NCBI GenBank assembly: GCA_025558095.1
Contig: JAIVFI010000002.1
Span: forward strand, 992,001 to 1,056,000
DNA: 64,000 nt
Direction of reading: 5' to 3'
Source: Hyaloraphidium curvatum SAG 235-1
Lineage: Eukaryota > Fungi > Monoblepharomycota
Each line of letters opens with the position of its first letter. Positions within the stretch are counted from its first letter, which is position 1. The translations under genes and the position numbers were made by a program. The notes below the pieces were generated by a model. It saw nothing but the letters and a program-made list of their open reading frames with translations, ran no database searches and was not told where the DNA came from. Shown here in pieces: positions 55,866-64,000 of the stretch.

Positions 55866-58281
55866 CTACTCCTCGTCCAGCGGGCCCTCATGGACCACGT
55901 AGGTATAGAATCGGACCATACCGTCCTTGTCCTTTTCCCTGTACAGCCCCTGTATCTCGTTCTCGAACCCGGGGAACAGGTTCGCTGCGCGTTCGAACGC
56001 CTTGAGATACTCGATCATCGGCCTCGACCTCTCCGTAAGCCGCTCCCCCGGGATCACCGTCGCGATCCCTGGCGGGTACACGAGCCACATAGTCGCCGCG
56101 ATCCGCCCCTCGGTCTCGTCCAGCGGCACGTAGTCGACAGCATTCCTGACGAGCATCCTGGTGGCCTCGTTGGCCGGCATCGCGAGCTCGGGGATGTGTT
56201 CCCGCCGGAACTGGGCCGCCTGCAGCGCGCTGATCCCGGCGGAGCGGTAGCACCCGTGCATGGCCGCGCACAGGTCGCGCAGCCGCATGCCGGCGTACTT
56301 GTCCAGGCGGCGGGCGACAAAGTCGGGTATCACTTCCTCGAGGGGCACGTTGTCGTCGTGCATCTTCTTGAGCGTGACCAGGTGCGCAAGTAGGGTACCG
56401 GCCTTGCTCGATTCCACGCCCGGCGTGAGCAGGAAGAGCAGCGAATGGAGGTCGTTCTTTTCCGGCACGATCCGCACTCCACGGAGGTACTCTGCGACAA
56501 CGGGAGCAGGCACGCCGTGCGCCTCGTACTGCCCGTCTCGGAACCCGGGCGTCAGCACGGTCAGCTTGCATGGATCCGTCATGGCGAAGCCCGCCTCGAC
56601 GTCGCCGAACCCGTGCCACGCTTCGCCCGGGCGGAACTCCCAGTGCGACACGTCCGATGCCAGGACGTCCGTCGGCGCGTTCTCCCACGGCACCGTGCGG
56701 CCCTCGGCCAGGGTCACCTCGGCCGGGACGAAGGGCTCGAAGAACCACCGCCGGGAGGGGCGATGTTCCTTTTCCTCGAACTCCCGGCGAATGAGGCGCA
56801 TCTTCTTCCGGCACTCGATTCCCAGCCTGATCGTGTCGTCCCAGAGCACTTCGCCCGACCTGCCCTTCATCATGTGCGCGCCGACGTCCAAGGAGGCGAA
56901 GAGCGGGTAGAACGGGCTCGTGGATGCGTGCAGGAGGAAGAACTCGTTGAACCGGCGGTGGTTCACCCTGCGGCGCTGGCTCCCCAGGTGCGCGTCGCGC
57001 ACGTGGATCTGCGAGGCCTGGGAGAAGGAGGCGAGCTGCTTGTGCGTGCTCTGGGTGACGAAGATGCCGGGCGAGTCGGGGCCCAGGTCCTTGAGGCCCA
57101 TGCCGTAGCGTCCGGCAAACAAAGGATGGAACTTTAGGAAGCCAGCCCACGCTTCGTCTGTCGGGGACAGCGCAACGTCACGGCCAACTCCGGCCCGGCA
57201 GCAAGCGGAACCCACCAAAGAGGATGTAGTCGCACAGGTGCCCGATCTTGGCCACGATCATCTCCGCCGAGTAGATGGTCCCGTCGTACGTGCACCCTTC
57301 CACCACCGCCGCGCGGAAGGGCCTCTTCTTCTTCCACGCTTCCCCGTCCTTCACCAGCGGGTTGCTCCGTATCGCCTCCCTCAGCTTCTCCTCGTCGAGC
57401 GCGCTGAAATTGAGCGGTCCGATCATCCCATACGCGTTCCGCGTCGTTTCCACGTAGCATGGTACCGCCCCCGCGAGCACCAGCGCCCCGTGGATCGCCG
57501 CCTTGTGGTTGTTGCGGTCGAACAGCACCAGGTCGCCCTCGGCGAGCAGCGCCGTGAGCACGACCTTGTTGCTCGTCGAGGTGCCGTTGAGCACGAAGTA
57601 GGTCCTTTCCGCTCCGAATATTTTGGCGGCCTCCTTCTGCGCTTTGAGCGCCGGTCCCTCGTGCGTGAGCAGGTCCCCGAGCTGCAGGACCGAGTTGTCC
57701 AGATCGTCGCGGAAAACGGCCTCGCCGAGGTGCTCCCTGAACACCCTCCCGATGGGGCTCCGCGCGTAGAACTGCCCGCCATTGTGGCCCGGGCACGTCC
57801 ACAGCTGGTTCCCCTGGACCGCGTAGTCGATCAGGGCGCCGAAGAAGGGCGTCTTCAGGCTCTCGGCGTACTGCCTGATCCGCGCCACCAGCCCCTTTGC
57901 GATGAACTCGGGGGTTTCCTCGGCCAGGAACACGAACCCGTCGACGTCGTCCATGGTCCCGTTGGGTATGTCCTCGAGCCTGTGCCGCCGCACGAGGAGC
58001 ACGATCGGCACGTCCAGGCCCCGCTTGCGCACCAGCGAGACGAGCGAGGCGGCCTTGCCGTGCTCGCCGCGCTTGCCCCAGTCGATCAGGACGGTGCCCA
58101 GGGCGGCGTCGGTCCGGATGACCAGCTCCGCGTCGTCGTCCCGGCGCGCACGGACGGCGGAGAAGCCCATGGATTCGACGCGCGAGAGCACGTCGCGGAG
58201 GCGGCCGCCCTCCAGGTCCGTGTCGTCGAAGGCGAACGAGGGCGCGCAGACCAGGAGCTTGAAGCGGCGCGCGTACTCCAT
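55866..58281 (-). CDS. Bacterial-type (fold-type I, SpeC/SpeF-like) ornithine decarboxylase with one intron
   Basis: Receiver-like wing domain, TPFFGAL, CPGHNGG, TYFVLNGTSTSNK, DRNNHK, YILF|DEAW, PLP motif QSTHKQLASFSQASQIH, STSPFYP, YPPGI..PGE; intron 57158-57215. Confidence 0.93.
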
Positions 58282-58425
58282 CGCGCGGAGCTGCGCGATT
58301 CGCCGCGCGTCGGAACGGCGCCCGACCGGTGGCCGTCGCACGTGGACCCATCAGCCGCCTCACGAATCCATCCGCCATCCAGTCAGGTCCGTCCATCTTC
58401 ATCTTCCATTCCCACGTCTACACTT

Positions 58426-60357
58426 CTACTTCCCCTCCCCCTCCTTTTCCTCGTCCTGCACCGCCTCCCACATGGCCCCCTGCCCCGCCGCAACCTCACC
58501 CGCCCACGCGCCCAGCGCCCCCAGCCTCTCGCCCCAGCTGCCCTGCGAGCTCCGATCGGGCACGACCGGCGGATCCAACTGGCTCGCGGGGCCCGGGATG
58601 CCGGGCAGCGCGGTGGGGGTGCTCGTGGGCACGGCGGCGTACGCTGCCTGGACGAGCGAGGCGTCGTCGTCGGCGGCGAGGGACGACGAGTCGCTGCCGC
58701 TGTCGTCGTCGATGCTCGCCGCGTCGTCGGCCTGCCCCGCATGCGGCTGGGCCTGCGGATGCGGGAGCTGCGCCCCCGCGGGCGGCGAGGCGGGGCGGAA
58801 CGACAAAAGGGACGCGTTGGGGTCCGCGCCGTCCTTTTCGGAGAGCCGGGCAAAGGAGCCGATGCTCGATACGGTGGCGGTCCACTGCGCGAGGAGGGCC
58901 GGTGGCGGGTTGGTTGCCCCCGGCGGGGGGCGGCGGGTGACCTTGCTCGGGAGGGGGACGCGCGGGGGGACGGGCGCGGGGGTGGAGGTAGGGGGGAGCT
59001 GTTGCATTTCGGGGGTGGTGGGAGCGGGCTGCATGGCGGCGGCTGGTTGCATGAGAGAGGCCTGGCCGGCGGAAGCGGCGGATGCAGCCGAGGTGGCCGA
59101 CGCAGCCGATGCGAACGAGTCGCGCTGTCCGGCGGTGGGGGCCTGGGCGGCCAGGAAGGCCGGCGGCATGGCTTGCGGCAGGGGCGCCGACGCATCCGAC
59201 GCCGCGCTCGCGAAGCTGGCGTTTATGCCCCCCCCTGCGGGCAGCAGCGCGGCGGTGGACGACACCGAGGGCGGCCTCGGCGCGGGCGGCTTTTCGGCCT
59301 CGGGGACGCCGAACGTCTGCGAGCCTGCGGGCTTGCCGTCCGCCGCCGGATGGTAGCTCGGCGGCCTCGCGTCCTGCATCTGCGCCCCCACGGGGGCCTC
59401 GGCGGCATCCATGTCCTGCATCACCATGCCGTACCCGCCCTGGTTGGTCGCGTCCAGGTTGACGTAGGCCGACTGCTTCCACACGAAGCCCTCGCCCTCT
59501 GGCAGCCGCTCCTTGGACGAGCGGTAGGGATCGACCATGCGGCGGCGGTGCCTGCGGGCGATGAAGAAGGCGGCGACGGCGACGACGGCCGAGACGGCGA
59601 CGGTGACGCCCGCGATAATGCCGATGGTGCTGATGGGGACCTTGTACGGCGGCGGGGCCGGCGAGGGGGTGACTTCGGGGGGCGCCGCGGCGGCGGCGAT
59701 GGCGACGGGAGCGGCCTGCGGGGGCGCCTGCGGCGGGGCGACGGGCTGCGGGGCCGGGGGAGGGGCTGCGGCGGCGGGGAGGAAGCCGGGCGGCGCGGTG
59801 ACCTCGACGGACCACTGCGTGCTCAGCTGCCTGCGCTCCGTGGAGCCGCCCATGTCCACGCGGTCGATCCACTCCGCCGACACGACGCCGGAGTAGATGC
59901 CCCCGCCGGCGGGCTTGAAGCCGCACTCGAGCAGGGCCGGGAACTGGCCGGCCAGGATGAACTGCGCCGAGCACTGCGGGCTGCCGCGCAGCATGCCGGC
60001 GAACTGGCAGCGCGGCGGCGGGTTGGGGCGGAGTGCGCCGAGCATCGCCTGCGCCGAGCGGCCGTCGACGGCGGGCACGGTGACGGACAGCAGCGTGTTG
60101 TTCCACAGCAGCGATGCGCGCAGCAGCGTGGGCGCGCGCGGGTCGGCGGCGAGCGCGTCGTCGGTGGCCGGCGCGAGCGGGCAGCCGGCGGGCGGCGACA
60201 GATACTCGAGCACTTTCCCGTGCGCCGCGATGGGGCACAGCGCGGCGAGGAGGAGGAGGAGGGCGGGCAGCGGGGCGGGGAGCGGGCGGGCGCGGGGCCG
60301 GGCGCGCGGCCCCTGGCGGGCGTGCGCGCCCCCCGGCGGCGCGGGTCCGGCTGGCAT
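58426..60357 (-). CDS. Type I single-pass membrane protein (signal peptide, Cys-containing ectodomain, Pro/Ala-rich tail)
   Basis: LLLLLAALC signal-like segment, four-Cys beta-rich ectodomain, Pro-rich stalk, TM IIAGVTVAVSAVVAVAAFFIA followed by RRHRRR. Confidence 0.75.
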   Translation of the reverse strand: MPAGPAPPGGAHARQGPRARPRARPLPAPLPALLLLLAALCPIAAHGKVLEYLSPPAGCPLAPATDDALAADPRAPTLLRASLLWNNTLLSVTVPAVDGRSAQAMLGALRPNPPPRCQFAGMLRGSPQCSAQFILAGQFPALLECGFKPAGGGIYSGVVSAEWIDRVDMGGSTERRQLSTQWSVEVTAPPGFLPAAAAPPPAPQPVAPPQAPPQAAPVAIAAAAAPPEVTPSPAPPPYKVPISTIGIIAGVTVAVSAVVAVAAFFIARRHRRRMVDPYRSSKERLPEGEGFVWKQSAYVNLDATNQGGYGMVMQDMDAAEAPVGAQMQDARPPSYHPAADGKPAGSQTFGVPEAEKPPAPRPPSVSSTAALLPAGGGINASFASAASDASAPLPQAMPPAFLAAQAPTAGQRDSFASAASATSAASAASAGQASLMQPAAAMQPAPTTPEMQQLPPTSTPAPVPPRVPLPSKVTRRPPPGATNPPPALLAQWTATVSSIGSFARLSEKDGADPNASLLSFRPASPPAGAQLPHPQAQPHAGQADDAASIDDDSGSDSSSLAADDDASLVQAAYAAVPTSTPTALPGIPGPASQLDPPVVPDRSSQGSWGERLGALGAWAGEVAAGQGAMWEAVQDEEKEGEGK

Positions 60358-60733
60358 CGTACGGGAGAGGCGCGTGGCGGCGCGGGATCCGGAGTGGCGT
60401 GCGGGTGACGTGGATGCGGACTGCGTTGGATGGTCCCTAGTCCTCTGCGCGGGCGGTTCGCTGGGGACGGTCCCTACGACGCCATCTCCGATCCTGAAAA
60501 TCCGACGCCGCGATCGCGCCCGGCCGGGGCCCAGGGCCACCCGATTCGGGCTGAAGGCGGCGACCGCGGTGGCGGCTCCAGTTGCCGGGGGGACTTTTCG
60601 TGCTGCGGCGCGCACAGCCTCTGGTGGGAGGCCGGCCCGGCGTCCCATCGAGAAGCCCCAGCGGCCGCCAGAGTGGATGCAACAACAAGCATTTCGATTC
60701 GCAAGCCCAAGCACCAAGCGGGCGGAACTTCCA

Positions 60734-61611
60734 TCAGGCCGCCGCCACCGCCCTCCTCGCATCCATCAGCGCCTCGGCCACCCTCCTGTCCGCCCCGCCC
60801 CTGATCGCATCCGCCCGCTCCAGCACCGCGACCGCCTCCCCCGCCCGCCCGGGGATGTGGGTCAGCACGATCCCGAGCTGCCACATCCTTTCGGCATCCC
60901 CCGGCTGCTCCTCCACCGCCGCCCCGAACGCCCGCGCGGCCTCCTCGAGCCGGTTCAGGCCGATGCAGCACTGCCCCAGGGTGACCTGCGCGCGGATCCA
61001 GTCCGCGCTGCCGCGGGGGAGCCCCGTCGCGGGGTCGACGACGGGTTTGAGGTGCTTGAGGGCCATGGCGTCCAGCCCCGTGAGCTGGTACAGCATGCCG
61101 AGCATGATGTTGGCGCGGCCGTGGTTGGGCGCTAGCTCGAGGGCGTGCTTGTAGTGCTTCTCGATGGCCGTCGAGGTGCGAGCGAGGGGCTTGAAGGAGG
61201 CTGAGTAGGATGCGAAGCCGCCGCCGGAGCGGTAGTAGATCTGCTTGCCGCTGCGGCGGAGGTCCTGGAACCACCGTCAACGACCGCCCCGGGGTCGCCC
61301 CGGATGTTGCCCACCTGTTCGACCCCCGACATGAGCCTCAGCCCGCGGTTGTAGCTCTCGTTCGAATCGTCCGCCAGCTCGACCTCCTCGTCCTCCTCCT
61401 CCTGCTCCGCCTCCTGCGCCGGCATGTGCGTCTCGGGCACGTTGGCGTACGCATTGATCATCGCGTCGAACATCCCGACCAGCTGGTCGTCGGGCATCCC
61501 CATGGTCAAATAGGCCCGGTACTGCTCGGCCATCTGCGCGCCGCCGGGGCCGAACTTGGCGGCGAGGACGGGGAGCAGCTCGTCGAAAGCCTGCTGCGCG
61601 GTGCGCGCCAT
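60734..61611 (-). CDS. TPR-containing protein
   Basis: Intron near 61265-61314 joins the ORFs; TPR-like YKHALELAPNHGRANIMLG, LGQC..L.RLEEA..AF..A...QP. Confidence 0.75.
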
Positions 61612-62124
61612 CGCGGGAAGCGGAGGGTCGAAAGGAGGGAAGGGTTATCGGTGGGCGGGCGGCAGGCGGGGTGCGGCCCGCTTATGTGGGCGTGCGGGAG
61701 GGGGTGGAAGATCCGAAGCTGTGCCCCCGCCGATTCTCCGCCCGCGGGAGAACCGGACGAACTTCCACCCACTGCGGGCAAGGGATGCGGAGGAAGCAAT
61801 CCATCGGATCGGTCGCGTCGCGATGGATGCGGAGAGCCGCTCGCTTGCTGCAGTCCGAGCCGCCCGGGTGCTTCGAGTAGCCAGGCGGTTCGGACGCACG
61901 AGCCGAGGGCCCCTTGGTTCGTACGGTGCGAGCGATGAAGAAAAGTCTTCTGCAGCATTCTTAGTGTTCATCTCCGGGTCTGGCCCCGCAGCTGGCGCCG
62001 AGTCCATTGCGGTGCTGGCGCGTGACTCTGGCACCCAGCATCTCCCATTGTTCGTCTCCCCGTCCGCGCCTCCCAGTGCTGCCGGCAGTTCCCGCCCCGC
62101 GCCTCCGCGCTCATCGACGGCGCG

Positions 62125-63705
62125 ATGGAGTCCCACGCGATCGAACGCGATCCGGAGGCGGGCGACGCGCCGGGCGGCGGCGGGGATCCGGATCCGGCCC
62201 CGCTTCGGGACAAGCAGCCTCCCGCCCCGCCGTCCTCCTTCCCGGACGCGGTCCCTTTTGCCCTTTCGCCGTGGGAATGGCTCACGCTGTTCCCGATGGC
62301 GCCCGTTCCCGACCACGACTCGGGATCCCCGCCGCCCCCGGACCCGGCGTTGTCCCTGCGCGCCGCCGACCCGCTCACCCCCGCCGCCATGCTCGCCGGC
62401 CTCGGCGCCGCCTCCCCCGTGCTCCGCGGCTGGACAAGGGCGCAGCTTGCCGTGTCGCCGTGGGCCGCCGGCCGTACGCGGCTGCGGTTCGCGACCAACA
62501 TCGGGTTGGGTCTCGCGCTGCTCTCGGTGCAGTGGACGTTCAACGGCGAGGCGGGGCGATTCGGCGTGCCGCAGCTGGCCGCAGCGACGGTGTGCACCGC
62601 CACGGCGGGGATCGCCAGCCTCATGCTGGGCTTCTATACGGGAAGGAGGCGGTACGCCGGTCCAAAGGACCTTTCGACGCACCCGCTCGCGGTCGTCGTC
62701 CGCTGGGTGCAGCTCCAGCAGCTTTCGGGCAAGGATGGGTCGCCGCTGCTGGCACACGATCCGGGAGACAAGCTCTGTCCTTGTTCCCAATGCGGCATGC
62801 GGGTGGTCACCAGGGCGGCTTGGCTGCGGACCGCCGAGTTCGCCGTCAGGATCCTCGTGATCGGGACCGGGTTCATGTTCTACTTCTTTTGGATGCCGGC
62901 CGTCGTCTACCGGAGCTACACGTGGAGCACCTCCTGGGCCGCCGTGCTCTGCGTCCTGTTTGCTATTTCGTCGTTCGAATTCCACGTCAACAACCTCCTC
63001 GTGGTGCAGCCCCTGACCGTCGGCCCGCTGGACCTCTCCCTGCGGCTGCACAACCGCGCCGTCTCGCTCGCGCTCGTGGATTTCCGGCGGCGGTACCGGA
63101 TCCTCCTGGCCGGCGCGGACGGGCCCTCGGTGACGCGCATGGTCCCGGAGGAGGAAACCTACATCGTGCTGCAGAGCTCCATGGTGCCGACCTGGATCCG
63201 GCGCTTGTCGATCGTCGCCTTCGGGCCCTTCTACTTCTTCGTCGTCGCGACGCCGAACCTGGTCGTCAGCCTGGTCGCGAGCCTGGCCGCGGGAAACTGC
63301 ATCCCCGCCGCGGTGCTGTTCGGCCTCGGATACCACCTCTGCATCGCCGGGACGGACCTCCTCAACTTTGCCGAGAGCAACGCGCACGTGTCGGTCGTGC
63401 GGGACCTGTACACGCGGACGCGCACCGCGCTGCTCGAGCTCGGCATCAAGTCGGACACGATGGAGGTGCGCGGCGGGACGGGGCGCAGGAGCCCCGCGGC
63501 CGTCGCCTTGCTGGAGCGGCACGACGCGCTCCTGGGGAGCTACATCGCGGCGTCGGGGAACTACCTGGCCCGCTACATGGGCTTTGCGGTGGACGGGGCG
63601 GTGGTCCGGAACGTGGTCGCGACGTTCGTGACCGTCGCCGTCGGCCTGCTGGGAATCCTGCGCGGATCCGGTGTGTACGTCACATGGAACATGGCCTGCG
63701 GGTGA
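62125..63705 (+). CDS. Multi-pass membrane protein with CPCxxC motif, GRL/DUF3537-like C-terminus (paralog 2)
   Basis: 526-aa intronless ORF; HDPGDKLCPCSQC, GNCIPA, ARYMGFAVD..VVATFVTVAVGLLGILRG-GV. Confidence 0.7.
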   Translation: MESHAIERDPEAGDAPGGGGDPDPAPLRDKQPPAPPSSFPDAVPFALSPWEWLTLFPMAPVPDHDSGSPPPPDPALSLRAADPLTPAAMLAGLGAASPVLRGWTRAQLAVSPWAAGRTRLRFATNIGLGLALLSVQWTFNGEAGRFGVPQLAAATVCTATAGIASLMLGFYTGRRRYAGPKDLSTHPLAVVVRWVQLQQLSGKDGSPLLAHDPGDKLCPCSQCGMRVVTRAAWLRTAEFAVRILVIGTGFMFYFFWMPAVVYRSYTWSTSWAAVLCVLFAISSFEFHVNNLLVVQPLTVGPLDLSLRLHNRAVSLALVDFRRRYRILLAGADGPSVTRMVPEEETYIVLQSSMVPTWIRRLSIVAFGPFYFFVVATPNLVVSLVASLAAGNCIPAAVLFGLGYHLCIAGTDLLNFAESNAHVSVVRDLYTRTRTALLELGIKSDTMEVRGGTGRRSPAAVALLERHDALLGSYIAASGNYLARYMGFAVDGAVVRNVVATFVTVAVGLLGILRGSGVYVTWNMACG

Positions 63706-63833
63706 TTGGAAGGGGAAGTCTTGGCATTGCGGTAGCCCATTTAGTTGTTGATCCGGATCAGATTGGTGATCGAAGAAAAAGTCCGTTTTCTGCCACGTCA
63801 ACCTCCGTCACCCTCCCGCGCGTAGACAGGACA

Positions 63834-64000
63834 ATGGCCGCCGAGACCAGCGCGGAAAGTATTGCCATCGACGTCAATGTCAGCATCGGCGGTGCGGGAG
63901 AAACCGCGTCAAGGTTCACTATTGCCGTGAATCCGACTGGCGCGACCCGTCGCGACCTGCACCGCGCCGTAGCGGAGGAACTGCGCCTCACCAGACTCCA
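63834..64000 (+). CDS. 5' end of an unidentified gene (runs off the window)
   Basis: ATG 63834, open to the window end: MAAETSAESIAIDVNVSIGG..FTIAV..T..DL..AVAEEL, a weak beta-grasp-like pattern. Confidence 0.45.
   Translation, partial: MAAETSAESIAIDVNVSIGGAGETASRFTIAVNPTGATRRDLHRAVAEELRLTRL

Noticed and set aside
57158-57215. Programmed frameshift or pseudogene in the decarboxylase
   Set aside because: A canonical 58-nt GT-AG intron restores the conserved FDEAW motif.
57238-60408. 1056-aa plus-strand ORF and similar long Arg/Gly/Pro-rich ORFs (e.g. 38410-40269, 45443-47134, 61645-63801)
   Set aside because: Antisense or off-frame shadows of real genes in very GC-rich DNA; no domain motifs.

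Overview
GC-rich, gene-dense eukaryotic DNA with many short GT-AG introns (about 45-125 nt) and CTRAY-type branch points. Gene content (SEA3/WDR59, RAE1, formin, OAC1, PPPDE-Trx-PUL, GAF-PDE, DHCR7, SCLY-type lyase) points to an early-diverging fungus. A monoblepharid chytrid such as Hyaloraphidium/Gonapodya is my inference, not a database result. About 27 genes can be modelled by hand-splicing. The main finding is a ~15 kb island (about 9.8-25.1 kb) that the ORF track shows only as fragments. It holds (i) a multi-exon minus-strand gene fusing a USP deubiquitinase, a half-PHD-like Zn finger and two tandem T4 endonuclease VII-like nuclease domains, and (ii) an oppositely oriented multi-exon TET/JBP-type 2OG-Fe(II) dioxygenase gene, with a CCCH/F-box-like gene between them. 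Also notable: an intronless head-to-head pair of bacterial-type glycine-zipper membrane proteins (31.0-33.0 kb), a bacterial fold-type-I ornithine decarboxylase with a spliceosomal intron, two paralogous GRL/DUF3537-like multi-TM proteins, two spliced lipid-anchored microproteins, and a deleted Rad5-like relic. No rRNA, tRNA, CRISPR array or intact transposase was recognised. All exon structures and family calls come from reading the sequence and recalling motifs; no searches were run.
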